Assembly: GCA_017938885.1 (NCBI GenBank)
Contig: JAGBAS010000116.1
Coordinates: 2,760-66,759 of the forward strand
Reading direction: 5' to 3'
Source: Clostridia bacterium
GTDB taxonomy: Bacteria > Bacillota > Clostridia > Oscillospirales > CAG-272
Length of the DNA stretch: 64,000 nt
The notes under the pieces were generated by a model. The model had not been told where the DNA came from, searched no databases, and saw only the letters and a program-made list of their open reading frames with translations. A program made the translations under genes and the position numbers. Shown in pieces: positions 51,129 through 62,700 of the stretch (position 1 is its first letter; every line of letters starts with the position of its first letter).

Positions 51129-52265
51129 ATGAAAATCAACGTAAGACCCGATTTCGAGTTCCTGGTGGTGTTTGATTTGCAGATCTTCGCGGACGTTGTC
51201 GTTCCCGAGAACGCCGCCGGCAACATGAACACCACCACCAGCGAGGGGCTGACCGCCGACCAGAAGAACGCGATGAACACTGAGTTCATCCGCAAGGCTG
51301 AGGCGAAGCTTGTCTTCAACAAGTACGGCAAGAAGATCAACATCGGCCTGCGCAAGGGCAAGAAGATCGAGCTGTTCAAGATCGGACGTACCGACCCCAA
51401 GAACACCAAGAAGCTGGCTGAGGGCCTGACCCCCGATCCCTCCAAGATGGCGCTGGAATCCTTTGAGATCCCCGTGGCGCAGTACGGCGACTGGATGATC
51501 TTCACCGACGAGCTGCTCACCACCAGCCTCCACGATCTCTTCCGCGAGGGTAAGCGTATGCTGGCCCGTCAGCTGGCCGAGACCTACAACATGTTCACCT
51601 ATGAGCATCTGGTGGCCAATGCGCAGCGCATGTACTGCAAGCCCATCAACGCCGATGGAACGCTGGGCGCGAGACCTACCAAGACTACCGAGGTGACCGA
51701 AACCTGCCGCCTGTCCTTGAAGACCATCGTCCGCGTCGTGGCCATGCTCAAGGCGGACGATATCCCCGGTGTGATCGGGGATGACTACATCATGTACATC
51801 CACCCCCACAACTGGCACGATCTGATCCTGGATCCCGAGTGGCAGAAGTTCCACCTCAACGACTCCTCCAATATGCAGTCGGGCGAGCTGGGCCGCATTG
51901 CCAACTGCCGATTCATCGACTCTTCCTTGATCACTATCACCAAGGGTACGGTGACCATCGATGGCGCGGACGGTGAAGAGACTGTCGTCATCGGCGGCGG
52001 CGCGAACGGCTCCATTCCCCTGTACCACAACATCATCCTGGGCGGGAACGCCTACGGCGTGGTGGACATCGCCAACAAGGGGATCCGCGCAATCGACAAG
52101 GAACTCGGATCCGGCGGTGTGGACGATCCCCTGGATCAGAGAGCCTCGACGGGCGGTAAGTTCTGGTGGGGGTGCGGTATCCTCGACGAGCTGGCCCTCT
52201 ACGACGTGGTATGCACCTCCGACGAGTTCGCCGACGAGTTCGACGAGGACGAGGCCACGGCATAA
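51129..52265 (+). CDS. Major capsid protein with L27-like N-terminal leader
   Basis: Leader ..FLVVFDLQIFA|DVV. 378 aa, located after the scaffold gene. Confidence 0.8.
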   Translation: MKINVRPDFEFLVVFDLQIFADVVVPENAAGNMNTTTSEGLTADQKNAMNTEFIRKAEAKLVFNKYGKKINIGLRKGKKIELFKIGRTDPKNTKKLAEGLTPDPSKMALESFEIPVAQYGDWMIFTDELLTTSLHDLFREGKRMLARQLAETYNMFTYEHLVANAQRMYCKPINADGTLGARPTKTTEVTETCRLSLKTIVRVVAMLKADDIPGVIGDDYIMYIHPHNWHDLILDPEWQKFHLNDSSNMQSGELGRIANCRFIDSSLITITKGTVTIDGADGEETVVIGGGANGSIPLYHNIILGGNAYGVVDIANKGIRAIDKELGSGGVDDPLDQRASTGGKFWWGCGILDELALYDVVCTSDEFADEFDEDEATA

Positions 52266-52290
52266 GCTGAGGACGGAAAGGAGATAAAAA

Positions 52291-52554
52291 ATGGCAGAAA
52301 CCAAGAAAAAGACCGCAACCGTCTACGTCAAGAAGAGCGAGTATGAGACGGCATCGGGCAAGAGATGTGAGATCGTTGCCGTCAACGGCGTGAGACGGTC
52401 TCTCCTGTGTGACCGTAACAACACCACGACTCCAGCCATCGCGGCGGAGTATAAGAATCGAGTGGCGCTGAGGACCGTGGCTCTGCAGCACATTGCGGAG
52501 GCAAAGGCTAAGATGCGCAAGAAGGAAGCCGAGGCCAACGCCAACGCCGAGTGA
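52291..52554 (+). CDS. Hypothetical virion-module protein (87 aa)
   Basis: SD GAAAGGAG upstream. Located after the capsid gene. Confidence 0.55.
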   Translation: MAETKKKTATVYVKKSEYETASGKRCEIVAVNGVRRSLLCDRNNTTTPAIAAEYKNRVALRTVALQHIAEAKAKMRKKEAEANANAE

Positions 52555-52629
52555 CGTCGGCCTTACAAAGACCCAATCAATTTCTGTGGGGGCGGGCATA
52601 GCCCGTCCCCCTTTTGAAAGGAGGCAGCA

Positions 52630-53001
52630 ATGAAGATCTTCGATGCCATTGCAAAGCTGAAGCGAAGAAACCACGACGCAGACCCCTTGGAGGTAGCCGA
52701 GTGGCTGGATGACCTGGACGGTCACATCTACAACACCCTTGTGCTGGGGCACGAGGGCTACGACAAGATCAAGAAAGAAAAATACGTTGAGGGCGAGAAC
52801 GCCAGGACGGAAGCCGTCCTCCTTGCTCCCGAGCCCTACAGCGAGATGTATATACACTACCTGGAGGCCCAGAGCTACTACCGCGAGGGAGACTACGAGC
52901 GGTACAACAACGCCATGAGCCTCTACAACGCGGCGAGAGCGGAGTTTGACCGCTACTGGATCACCACCCACAGCCTGATCCAGCCCCGCGTAAGACGCTG
53001 A
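52630..53001 (+). CDS. Hypothetical head-completion/adaptor-position protein (123 aa)
   Basis: SD GAAAGGAGG. Assignment is by position only. Confidence 0.5.
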   Translation: MKIFDAIAKLKRRNHDADPLEVAEWLDDLDGHIYNTLVLGHEGYDKIKKEKYVEGENARTEAVLLAPEPYSEMYIHYLEAQSYYREGDYERYNNAMSLYNAARAEFDRYWITTHSLIQPRVRR

Positions 53002-53017
53002 CGAAAGGAGAGAGACC

Positions 53018-55003
53018 ATGCCCAACTACCTGCCTGAGCTGAGAACCAGCGGAGCGCCCCGCAGCATGGTGAATAAGTTCTGGGGACTCAACAAGACCCC
53101 GACCATAACCGACGGCGAGTTTGCCGACATGAAAAATCTGACATCGGATCGATTCCCCCTGCTGGCCGTCCGTGAGCCGAGAGGATGTCCGATCCTCAAA
53201 TACGCGGATTACGCGGATCCCGAAACCATGACCGTGACCGAGGAGCCCATCCAAGACAATGAGCAAGGAGACGCCGCGAAGCCTCGGTGCATCACCATGG
53301 CTACCGCGCCGGAAACGGACGTTTTCCAGCCCGTCTACATCGACGGCTCCAAGCTGGTGATCGGCTACCATGCCGTAGATCTTGGGATCACCGACGGGGA
53401 AAAGCAGATCGTCCACATGGGCGCGTATCTCATCGTGATCCCGGACATGGTCTACTGCAACTCGAAGGATCTCTCCGACCGAGGAAAGATCGAAGACGGC
53501 TTCTACGGAGATAAGGCCCACCCTGCGGGGGGGATGCTGACAGATGTGACCGCAACCATGACCATGTGTGACTACGATGGCAGAGACCCGGATTATATCG
53601 ATCAAGAGGAGCCGAAATTCGTTCTTTTCGAGGGTCAGTACGTAGACGATAAAGGAGTCGAGTACAATCCCAACGGCCGGCTGTGGCAGAAAACAGACGA
53701 GTACGACGGTCTGTACCGCTTTTCGACCGATGACGCGAAATGGTATAAGATCAAGTCCTACCTCAAGCTCAAGATCACGGCGAAAACCATCGCGGGACTG
53801 ACAATAAACGCGCTGACCATGAAAAAGGTCTTGCAGGAAGGCGATGCCCTCCGGTTTGAGAATCTCCACAATCTGAACGGAGGCATAACAGACGGCCCCC
53901 ATCAGGTAGCTAAGGCCTACGATCCGAAAGACGGCGGCCAGATCATCGTGGTGGAGGGCGGAACAACGGTGACAAATCTTGACATACCGCAGACCGATAA
54001 AAAAATAATCCGCGTATATCGCTACATCCCCAACCTGGACTACGCCTGCGAGAGCGGGAACCGCCTGTGGGGATGCCGATACGGAGACAACGGCATGGGC
54101 CAGTACGTCAACGAGATCTACTGCTCCGGAGCGGGAGACTTCTTCCGTTGGGGACTTGGCGAAGCCACCGATGACAGCGCCCCTGTGACCTTCTCCCTTG
54201 GATCCGATGGAGCCTTTACGGGAGCGGTCAACTACGGAGGCTACCCGACGTTCTTCAAGGAGCGGTCTATGCACCGCGTGAGCGGTTTCCTGCCGTCGGA
54301 GTTCGGGATCAGCACCGACAGCGTACCCGGCGTGGCCAGACTGGCCGCAAAGAGCCTCGCGGTAGTCGGCGGCATCCTCTACTACAAATCCCCGGGAGCC
54401 GTGATGGCCTTTGACGGCACCCAGCCCGTGTCGGTGTCCGACAAGCTGGGATCCCTGACAGCGTATCCCCGAGCCGTGGGCGGAGCCTGCGGAGACAAAT
54501 ACTACCTGTATCTGGACAAGAGCAGCCGAGCGGATCCCAATCTGTACGTGCTCGATACCAACAAGGGACTGTGGCACAGGGAGGACGAGACCGTGGTCGA
54601 GAGCATGGCAGAGGACTCCGAAAATATGTACATGATCGCCGTCAAAGGCGAAAAACACACCGTGCTGACCGTGAGAGCCAAAGGAGACCCCCAAAAGGAC
54701 AAGGTCCGCTGGTACGCCGAGACGGGACTCTTCGGCATGGAGAGCCCCGACAGAAAGTACGTCACAAGACTGGTAGTTAAGCTCAGTCCCGAGGCAGGAT
54801 CATCGGTGCGGGTCAGCATCCAGTATAATTCAACAGGCGTTTGGAAGCAGCTGTACGCCAAGGAGGGGACAGGCATGGTCACCGTGTCCGTACCCGTCCT
54901 CCCGGCACCCTGCGACCACTTCCGCCTGCGCCTGGATGGGACGGGCGGTTGTGAGGTCAATTCCATCACCAAGACCGTAAGAGACGGAGGAGAACGCATA
55001 TGA
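53018..55003 (+). CDS. Large virion structural protein (661 aa), tail/nozzle-position
   Basis: SD GAAAGGAG. Assignment is by position only, by analogy to the podovirus gene order. Confidence 0.55.
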   Translation: MPNYLPELRTSGAPRSMVNKFWGLNKTPTITDGEFADMKNLTSDRFPLLAVREPRGCPILKYADYADPETMTVTEEPIQDNEQGDAAKPRCITMATAPETDVFQPVYIDGSKLVIGYHAVDLGITDGEKQIVHMGAYLIVIPDMVYCNSKDLSDRGKIEDGFYGDKAHPAGGMLTDVTATMTMCDYDGRDPDYIDQEEPKFVLFEGQYVDDKGVEYNPNGRLWQKTDEYDGLYRFSTDDAKWYKIKSYLKLKITAKTIAGLTINALTMKKVLQEGDALRFENLHNLNGGITDGPHQVAKAYDPKDGGQIIVVEGGTTVTNLDIPQTDKKIIRVYRYIPNLDYACESGNRLWGCRYGDNGMGQYVNEIYCSGAGDFFRWGLGEATDDSAPVTFSLGSDGAFTGAVNYGGYPTFFKERSMHRVSGFLPSEFGISTDSVPGVARLAAKSLAVVGGILYYKSPGAVMAFDGTQPVSVSDKLGSLTAYPRAVGGACGDKYYLYLDKSSRADPNLYVLDTNKGLWHREDETVVESMAEDSENMYMIAVKGEKHTVLTVRAKGDPQKDKVRWYAETGLFGMESPDRKYVTRLVVKLSPEAGSSVRVSIQYNSTGVWKQLYAKEGTGMVTVSVPVLPAPCDHFRLRLDGTGGCEVNSITKTVRDGGERI

Positions 55004-55161
55004 TGAGAAAATACAAACGCCCCGCGCCGCTGAAGGGAACGGCTGACCAGAAGGTAGAGCAGCTTCGGCGGGATGTGATCGCCTTTATCAACGAGGTAGA
55101 GCGCGACATGAACGCCAGAGCGGGAGCAGATCGAAAAGAAAAGGAGAGTGCCAAGAAATGA
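55000..55161 (+). CDS. Possible small protein (53 aa)
   Basis: ATGA overlaps at both ends (55000-55003, 55158-55161). The ORF is below the track threshold. Confidence 0.4.
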   Translation: MMRKYKRPAPLKGTADQKVEQLRRDVIAFINEVERDMNARAGADRKEKESAKK

Positions 55162-56699
55162 GCTGGACCCCCTTCAAGAAAAAGAAACCGTCCGAGCAGA
55201 TCCAGGAATACCTGGACAGTAAAAAGAGTGGAGTAATACCCGGTGGAGGCAACGCGAATGCTCCTATGGCCAGGCCGTCTACACCAAATCAATACGTCGT
55301 TGGGCAAGTACAAAATCCGACCGTATCTGTTTCGAGTGGCGTAAGCGGAGGATTAAGCGGAGCGTTGAAGAGTCCCAAGCCGCCGGAAGACACCAAACCT
55401 CCGGAATATGTCCTGACGCTCCCGGAGCAGCCCCCTCAACAGGCCGAAGCAGAGAGCCAGACGCAAGGACCGACATACACGTTGACGCTGCCTACGGCGG
55501 AAGAGCAAGCATTAGCTCTTGAGCAGGCGAGGAAGCAAGCCCACATGGCCGCCTTTGCCGATCAGCTGGCCGCCATGGACGCGGAGTTCTGGCGCATAGC
55601 CCAGAATCCCGGCTCCATGCTGGGAGCCAACGAGAGCCCCTACTACAGTCTCTACATGAAGCAGTACCAGCAGAGAGCGCGGGACAGAGAGACCAACGCC
55701 TATACCCGAGCAACCGCAGGGACGGGCGGCTACGGATCCTCCTTCGCCACCATGGCGGGAGATCAGGCCTACCGTGAGACCATGCAGGAGTTTGACGAGC
55801 TGGCGCCTACCCTCATCAAGAGCAAGTCCGAGCGCATGGCCGAGATCCTGCAGGAGCGGGAAATGCTGAAGGCCATGGGAGACCGTATCAACGCAGAATC
55901 CAATACGCTGACCCTCGAAGACGGCACCACCGTAGAAGTGACCGACGCCGCCCGGGAGCTGTACGCGGGCTACCTGGACAGCTTTACCCAGGGCACCGGC
56001 TACGACACCCTGAAGACGGCCATGATCAACGGCGGCGCCAGCGAGGCCGACGCGGATCAGGCTATTGCCATGTTCAAGAAGCTGGGCGGGGCTACGGTTA
56101 CGGATAAGATCTCCGCGTTGGAGACCAATCCCACCTTGAGCGGTGCGGCTGAGGCTTACCTGGCCGCCCAACAGAACGGCACTCTTGAACAGGATGCCGC
56201 CAAGATCAGCGCAGGGGCCAGGGCCGCCGTGGAGGCCTCCCTGAAGAACGCAGGCGACAACGATGAGGCCATGAACACCGCGCTGGCCGAGGCCGCGCAG
56301 GCGGTCAAGGACGGGTACATGTCCGAGAGCGACTACGTGAGCATCATTACCGCAGACATCCACGCGGATATCAAGGATATGGAGAATGGGGAAGAGAAGA
56401 TTTCCGACCGTAAGAAGCGGAAGAGAGTGGCCCAGAGCATTGAGGGAATCATTGACGAATACGAGAATGGTGAACTTTCTGACAGAGCGTACCAAATGGC
56501 ACTTGTTGAAATGGAAGCATACATTGATAAGTATTTTACCACTGATGGTCTGAACACGGATGAAATGAGCGGTAGATCATTTGCGGCGGCGTTCGGATTG
56601 AGTGCCGGAGAAGGAGAGGCTATTTACGAGGTTGTAAAAGCTCTAAAAAAGGAAAAAGTAGGTAAAGGAACAAAGAAAGCAATTAAAGGGGGGACGTAA
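55158..56699 (+). CDS. Virion-module protein (513 aa), Ala/Gln-rich, internal-protein-position
   Basis: ORF in the same frame as the giant ORF that follows. Assignment is by position only. Confidence 0.6.
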   Translation: MSWTPFKKKKPSEQIQEYLDSKKSGVIPGGGNANAPMARPSTPNQYVVGQVQNPTVSVSSGVSGGLSGALKSPKPPEDTKPPEYVLTLPEQPPQQAEAESQTQGPTYTLTLPTAEEQALALEQARKQAHMAAFADQLAAMDAEFWRIAQNPGSMLGANESPYYSLYMKQYQQRARDRETNAYTRATAGTGGYGSSFATMAGDQAYRETMQEFDELAPTLIKSKSERMAEILQEREMLKAMGDRINAESNTLTLEDGTTVEVTDAARELYAGYLDSFTQGTGYDTLKTAMINGGASEADADQAIAMFKKLGGATVTDKISALETNPTLSGAAEAYLAAQQNGTLEQDAAKISAGARAAVEASLKNAGDNDEAMNTALAEAAQAVKDGYMSESDYVSIITADIHADIKDMENGEEKISDRKKRKRVAQSIEGIIDEYENGELSDRAYQMALVEMEAYIDKYFTTDGLNTDEMSGRSFAAAFGLSAGEGEAIYEVVKALKKEKVGKGTKKAIKGGT

Positions 56700-56702
56700 T
56701 CT

Positions 56703-59700
56703 ATGGCCGGTATCATGCGCCGAAAAGGTGAAAAAAGAGTCTACACCGGGCGAGAAGAAGTAAACACCGGAGAATACAAGGGAGGCGCACTCCGTGCTAA
56801 AGGGCAGAGCAGAAGCGGCCTCACCGTCGGTGAAACCGTAGGCTACGCCGCCAAGCGTGCCGGCACCGACTTCCTCCGCGTCGGCGAAGGCGTAGTAGAC
56901 GCCGCCCTCGTCCCCATCGACCTGATCACAGGCAACGTAGAGCAGGCCAAGTCCCGCTTCCTGGACTCCCCCGTTGACGCCATGCGTGAGCGGTTAGACC
57001 GGGAGTACAACCCCGGCAAGGTCGCGGGATTCATCGGCGATATCGCCGGCGACATCGGCCAGTCCGTGGGCTACGGTCTGATCTCCGCCATCCCCTACGC
57101 GGGGCAACCGATGATGTACTCTTCCATCATCGAGCAGAGCATATCCTCCGCTGCCGAGAAGACCGGAGAGGTAGGACTGAAGGAAGTCGGCTACGGTGCC
57201 ACGGTGGGAGGCTTGGAGGGCCTGCTGGAAAGCAAGCTCGGCGCTGGCGTGAATGCCTTCAAGGGCATCGGCTCTGCGATCCTCAAAAAGACGGGTCTCA
57301 ACGTGGCCGAGAGCGCGGCCAAGGCGGGCGGGAAGACCATGCTGAAGAGCGTGCTGACCGAGACCGCCAAGGGAGCAGCGGGCGAGTTCGCCGAGGAGGC
57401 CATCTCCGAGGCCGTGGATCCCGCCCTCCTGCGCCTGTACAACATCGACGAGAACGCGCAGTTCTCCCTGAAGGACGTGGCCTACGCGGGCCTCATCGGC
57501 GGCCTGTCGGGCGGTATGATGTCCGCAGGACCCGCCGCCATCAACTACCGTAGCTCCGTCAGCGTGGGCCGAGCCCTCCAAGAAAGCGGCATGGACGGCG
57601 ATCTGATCAACCGTGCCAAGTACACGCTATCCGCCCTTGAGGCCGCCCAGACGCGCTCTACGAGCCAAATAAAGGGCAAACCGGAGGGGGACACCAAGGA
57701 GACCGCCAAGGAGTGGCTGTCCCGCACCGCCGAGAACCGTAAGGTCAAGAGGCTGTCCAGAGAGACCAAGGAGCTGGCCGACAAGGTTCGAAAGAACATT
57801 GACGCCTACGAGAAATACAGGGCTGATCCCAAAATGTCCAATTCCGAGCCCGTGGCCGCCCTGCTGGGCGAGCTGCGCGGGAACCTGTTCCTGGTGGGCT
57901 ACGCCTACGAGGCGGACGTGATCGAGCAGGTCATGATGGACGCCACCGACGAGCAGAGACAGGCTTTCGTGGACGCCGTCAACGAGGAGCTGAAAAAGCA
58001 AGGAAAGAAGCACGACTACACCCTGGCCGACTTCGATGCCAATAAAGACGACATCCGCCGAGGCCTCGCGGGCCTGCTGATGGCTGACGAGATGCAGGGA
58101 TATACCGTAAAGTACGGCGCGGAGGCCACGGAGAGCCCCGTAGAACCCGCACAAGCCCCGCAGGACACCACAGCCGAGGAAGTGGCCGACCAAGAGGAAA
58201 ACGCCGCTACAGAGGATTTGAGCGGTATTGAGGAAGAGGTGTGGAGAGCGGTGACGGATGAAACCGTCAAGGGATACGGTACCCAAAACGAGCAGGAGGA
58301 GGCTCTCCTCCGCGCCGCCGTCTCTCAGAATGTCCCCGAAAAGTCCATTCCTCTCATGCTGGAGAGATTCCGCGAGGGAACAGACATGACCCCCGCCGAA
58401 TTCGCAGACGCTTGGGCAGACGGAGTATTACTGTTCGGACGGCTCGGCTTGAACGAGAAAAAGATCAGCCAAGAGAGCGCACTATCCCGCATGAGCGAGA
58501 AAGCGCGGCACGCCTCCATCGAATACGGTAAGTACCTTTCGGAGGAGCAGAGAGCCAAGGAGCAGGAGGCAGCCAAAAAGAAAAAGCGCCCCGTGAAAGA
58601 GGGCGCAAGCAAAAAGCCGAAGGGCGAAGTCGTGAGACACCCCGGGATCAATCTCAAGGAGGATTTGGACGACGCCCAGTTTACCGCCTACAAGGCCGCC
58701 GAGATCATGGCTCCTGCCCTGAAGGCTGACATTGAGATCCACAAGGGACTCAAGCGGGATGGCAAGGAGGTCAATGGCTACTACGATCTGAAAACCAACA
58801 CCATCCACGTCAACATCAACGCGGTGCGTGACGGAAAGCATATCGCTCTCTACACCCTCGGACACGAGGTAACGCACTACATCAAGGAGTGGTCTCCGAA
58901 GAAGTTCTACGAGCTGGGCGACTACGTAATGGATCAGCTGGGAGAGGGAGCGGAGAAAGCAGTCCGTGACAAGCTGGACTTCCTGAAAAAGAACGATCTT
59001 GTCAAGGGTCTGGACGAGACCGAAGCCTACGACCGAGCCTATGAGGAGGTCGTTGCCGATGGCATGGAGCTTGTGCTGACCGACGGAACGGTGCTGAACG
59101 AGCTTGCCCGTGAGAACAAGACCCTTTGGCAGAAGATCAAGGACAGGATCTTCGAGATCATTGAAAAAATCAAGAAGGCCTACGGCGATCTCAGCAAGAC
59201 CTCCCGCACGGCACAGATCCTTTCCGAGACCATGGACTCGCTGGACGAGATCGAGCAGCTTTTCTACGAGGGCGTAAGAGAGGCCGGAGAGAGAACGAGG
59301 ACGGCGGGAGTTGGAGAGGCTGTCGGAAACGGCAACGAAATAATTTATTCTTCCACTGAAAATTTCAAGGAAGACAAATACTTCAAATCGCAGATGGCAA
59401 AATGGGAAAATCTGAAACATGGTTCCTATGTAAAAGTAGGAACGCTTGGAGAAGGAAGCCCATTGTGTCAGGTCGGGATGCCATCGGGAACGATTCGCTA
59501 TGACGTAGACAAGTTAAAGAGAAACATAACAGATCATGACGACTATTTGACTGTTGAACTATTGAATGAAATTCCCAACATATTGGCTAATCCAGTAGCG
59601 ATCAGCGAATACAGCCAAGAAAACACAATCAGCGTTTTCGGGGATGTGTTCGTCGGAAAATCGCCTATGATGGTTGGAGTAACAATTTCGCACGACAGAG

Positions 59701-62700
59701 CAGGAAATGAAATTAGCAAGGTAAGAACATACAACACGAGAAGAGACGTTGGAAATTTAATAACCGACGAAACGGTTCTTTACCTGGGAGAAGACAAAAA
59801 AAGAACCCGTGAATGGTTCCAAGCCTGTGGGATACAAGTCCCGTTAGGGGGAACCAAATTCGGGTTCATACGTAGTATAGCACAAAGAAAGTATTCTGTC
59901 AATAGCAAATTCTCAATTTCCGAAAATATTCCTTCAACCCTTTCCGCCGAAGATCAAAACCTCCTGTTTGATGCCGACTTCTACGAGCGGTACGAGAACG
60001 AAAGCCGCGAACCCATCACGGAGACAGTGGAGGAGCTGGAAGCTGCCAAGGCCTCAGAAGCATTCGCCACAATGAGTGACGATGAAGCGTTTGACCTGAA
60101 TGCCAAGCTAAAGGCCAAGCGAGCCGGATACGATACCGTGTACGACTATTATGTAGAGACTGAAAAGGAGCGCATGGCCGAGGAGTACCGCCGCTACGTG
60201 CAGACGGGACGGAGCAACCGCACGTCGAGAACCTTGGAAGAGAAGCGGAAGAAAGCACAAAAGGAGCGCACCTTGCGTTCCAATGTGGATTCTGCAACTC
60301 CCTTGCAGAACGCCCAGTATCAGATCATTCAAGAAACCAATCCCATGTGGGACGAGTATCACACGGGCATTCGTTCACCGAAGGAGATCAAGACCTTTGC
60401 CGAGGTGGCCGAGGATCCAGACAGCTTCACGTGGGGAGACTTTACCCGCGAGGATGCACGGAAGGCTCTGCGAGACGGTACGGTTCGTGTGTACAGTTCC
60501 TACGCCATCAAGAACGGCGTATTTGTCTCTACTTCCTATCAGCAAGCCTTGGAATACGCCGGAAACGATCCTGCCCGCGTTCACAGCCGTGTCGTTGCGC
60601 TGGACAGCGTGGCGTGGATCAACGGAGACGAGGGGCAGTATGCGAAGGTTTACAAGGATGATGGGATCCGTTACTCCATCGACGAAACCCCCGAAACCCC
60701 AGACGTCTCCGATTCTGCCGCCACCGACCGAGACATGCTCCTGGCCATGGCCGAGAAGCTCGTAGGCTCCGAGGAGGAGAACAGGATCCTCACCAACTAC
60801 AAGTCTCACTACGATACCCAGAAATCCCGTCAGGCAAAACTGGACGAGCTGACCGCCGAGATGCGGGAGCAGCAGAGCACCATGATGTACGGCGAGTCCG
60901 CCGAGAGGCGTTCCGCCGCCGCCAAGAGATTACCCGCCATCTACAAAGAGATGAGCAAGATCTCCGAGCAGCTGGCCGACGCTGACCGCAAGCTCACCGA
61001 GATTGAGGGCATGAAGGCCATCCGCAACCTCCTGAAGCGGGAGTACGCCAAGGCCCGTGAGATCCAGAAGAACATCTACGATACCCGCGCCAAGGTCAAG
61101 CGGGAGGCCGCAGAGACCACCGAGCTTCGCCGAAAGACCCGCCGCATCTATAACCGAGTCCTCCGTCTGCTGGTCTCTCCCAACCGTAAACGCAACATCC
61201 CCTACGAGCTGCAGGGCATAGCCGCCGAGGCTCTGAAGACCGCCAACATGGACATAGAGGCCATGGAGCGGCTGGAAAAGCTGGAGCAGGAGCTGACCGC
61301 CTTAGAGCGGGAGGCCGTACCGAACCCCGAGAAGATCGCCCAGAAAGAGGAGGAGATCGAGGCCCAGGAGAAGAAGGTCGGCAAGACCAAGGATCACCTG
61401 CAGGTCATGATCGAGATCTTCGAGAAGGCCAAGAACATCAAGGAGGGCGTAGGCCGCAGCGTGTACGACGAGGCCGCGCTGGCCAAGCTCAAGGATCTGC
61501 AGAGCAAGATCGGCAACACCACCATCGGAAAGATGAACCGAGAGCAGCTGCAAGCCCTCAAGGATTTCTACGACATCCTCTACACGAGGATCAGCAACGC
61601 CAACAAGATGCTGTCCGAGGAGCGGGAAGCCACGGTCGAGGAGTACGGCTCCAAGGCCACCACCGAAGCCTCCGACGCCAAATCCCTGAAATTCCTCTCC
61701 CCCAAGTCCATGGAGCTGAAGGGAATGGCCAATGTGCGGCAGTTCTTCTGGAAGAACATGAAGCCCTTGACCGTCTTCGAGGCTATCGGCTCCGACACCT
61801 TCACACGGCTGTTCCAGTCTGTTCTCAACGGTGAGAACGTCTGGGCGCGGGACATCGAGGAGGCTCGCAAGAAGATCGTGGAGACCCGCGAAAAGTACGG
61901 CTATGACAAGTGGGAGCTGGACAAGAGAGTCGAGGTCAAGGACAAGGACGGCAAGACGGTACGCCTGTCGCTGTCCGAGATGATGTCCCTCTACGCCTAT
62001 ACCAAACGCAAGCAGGCCATGGGCCACTTGGAGGGCGGCGGCTTCGTGCTGGATCCCGGTGCCACAGAGATGGCGAAGGGCAAGGTGATCAGCTTTGCCG
62101 ACATGGAGCGCAGGCTCAACCATGCGGAGCGCCACGTGGTGGATCAGCTGATCATCGGCGAGATCGCCTCCAAGCTGACAGCCGAGCAGAAGGCCTACGT
62201 GGACGAGATGCAGACATACCTAACCAAGCTGGGCGAGCGAGGCAACACCGTTTCCCGCAAGCTCTACGGTATCGACATCTTTACCGAGGAGTATTATTTC
62301 CCCATCAAGGTCCAGAGCGAGTATCTGGAGTCTCACACGGGACGCACGGGAGATCCCAACATCAAGAACCGAGGCATGACCAAGGAGGTCACCCCCGAGG
62401 CGGACAATCCGCTGGTGCTCCAAGGCTTTGACGCGGTCATGGTAGACCACATCAACAGCATGGCCACCTACCACGCATTCGTCCTCCCCGTGGAGGATCT
62501 TACCCGCGTCCTCAATTACAAACCCTCCAACGCCAAGATCGACGAGGACGGCAACTGGACGGTGGACGAGTCCCGCAAGGACTACTCCACTCTCAAGGCC
62601 GTCATCGAGGAGAAGTACGGCGCGGAGGCAAACCACTACATCGAGCAGCTGATCCGCGATCTCAACGGCGGTGCGAGACGAGACGCGGCGGCCACCCTGC

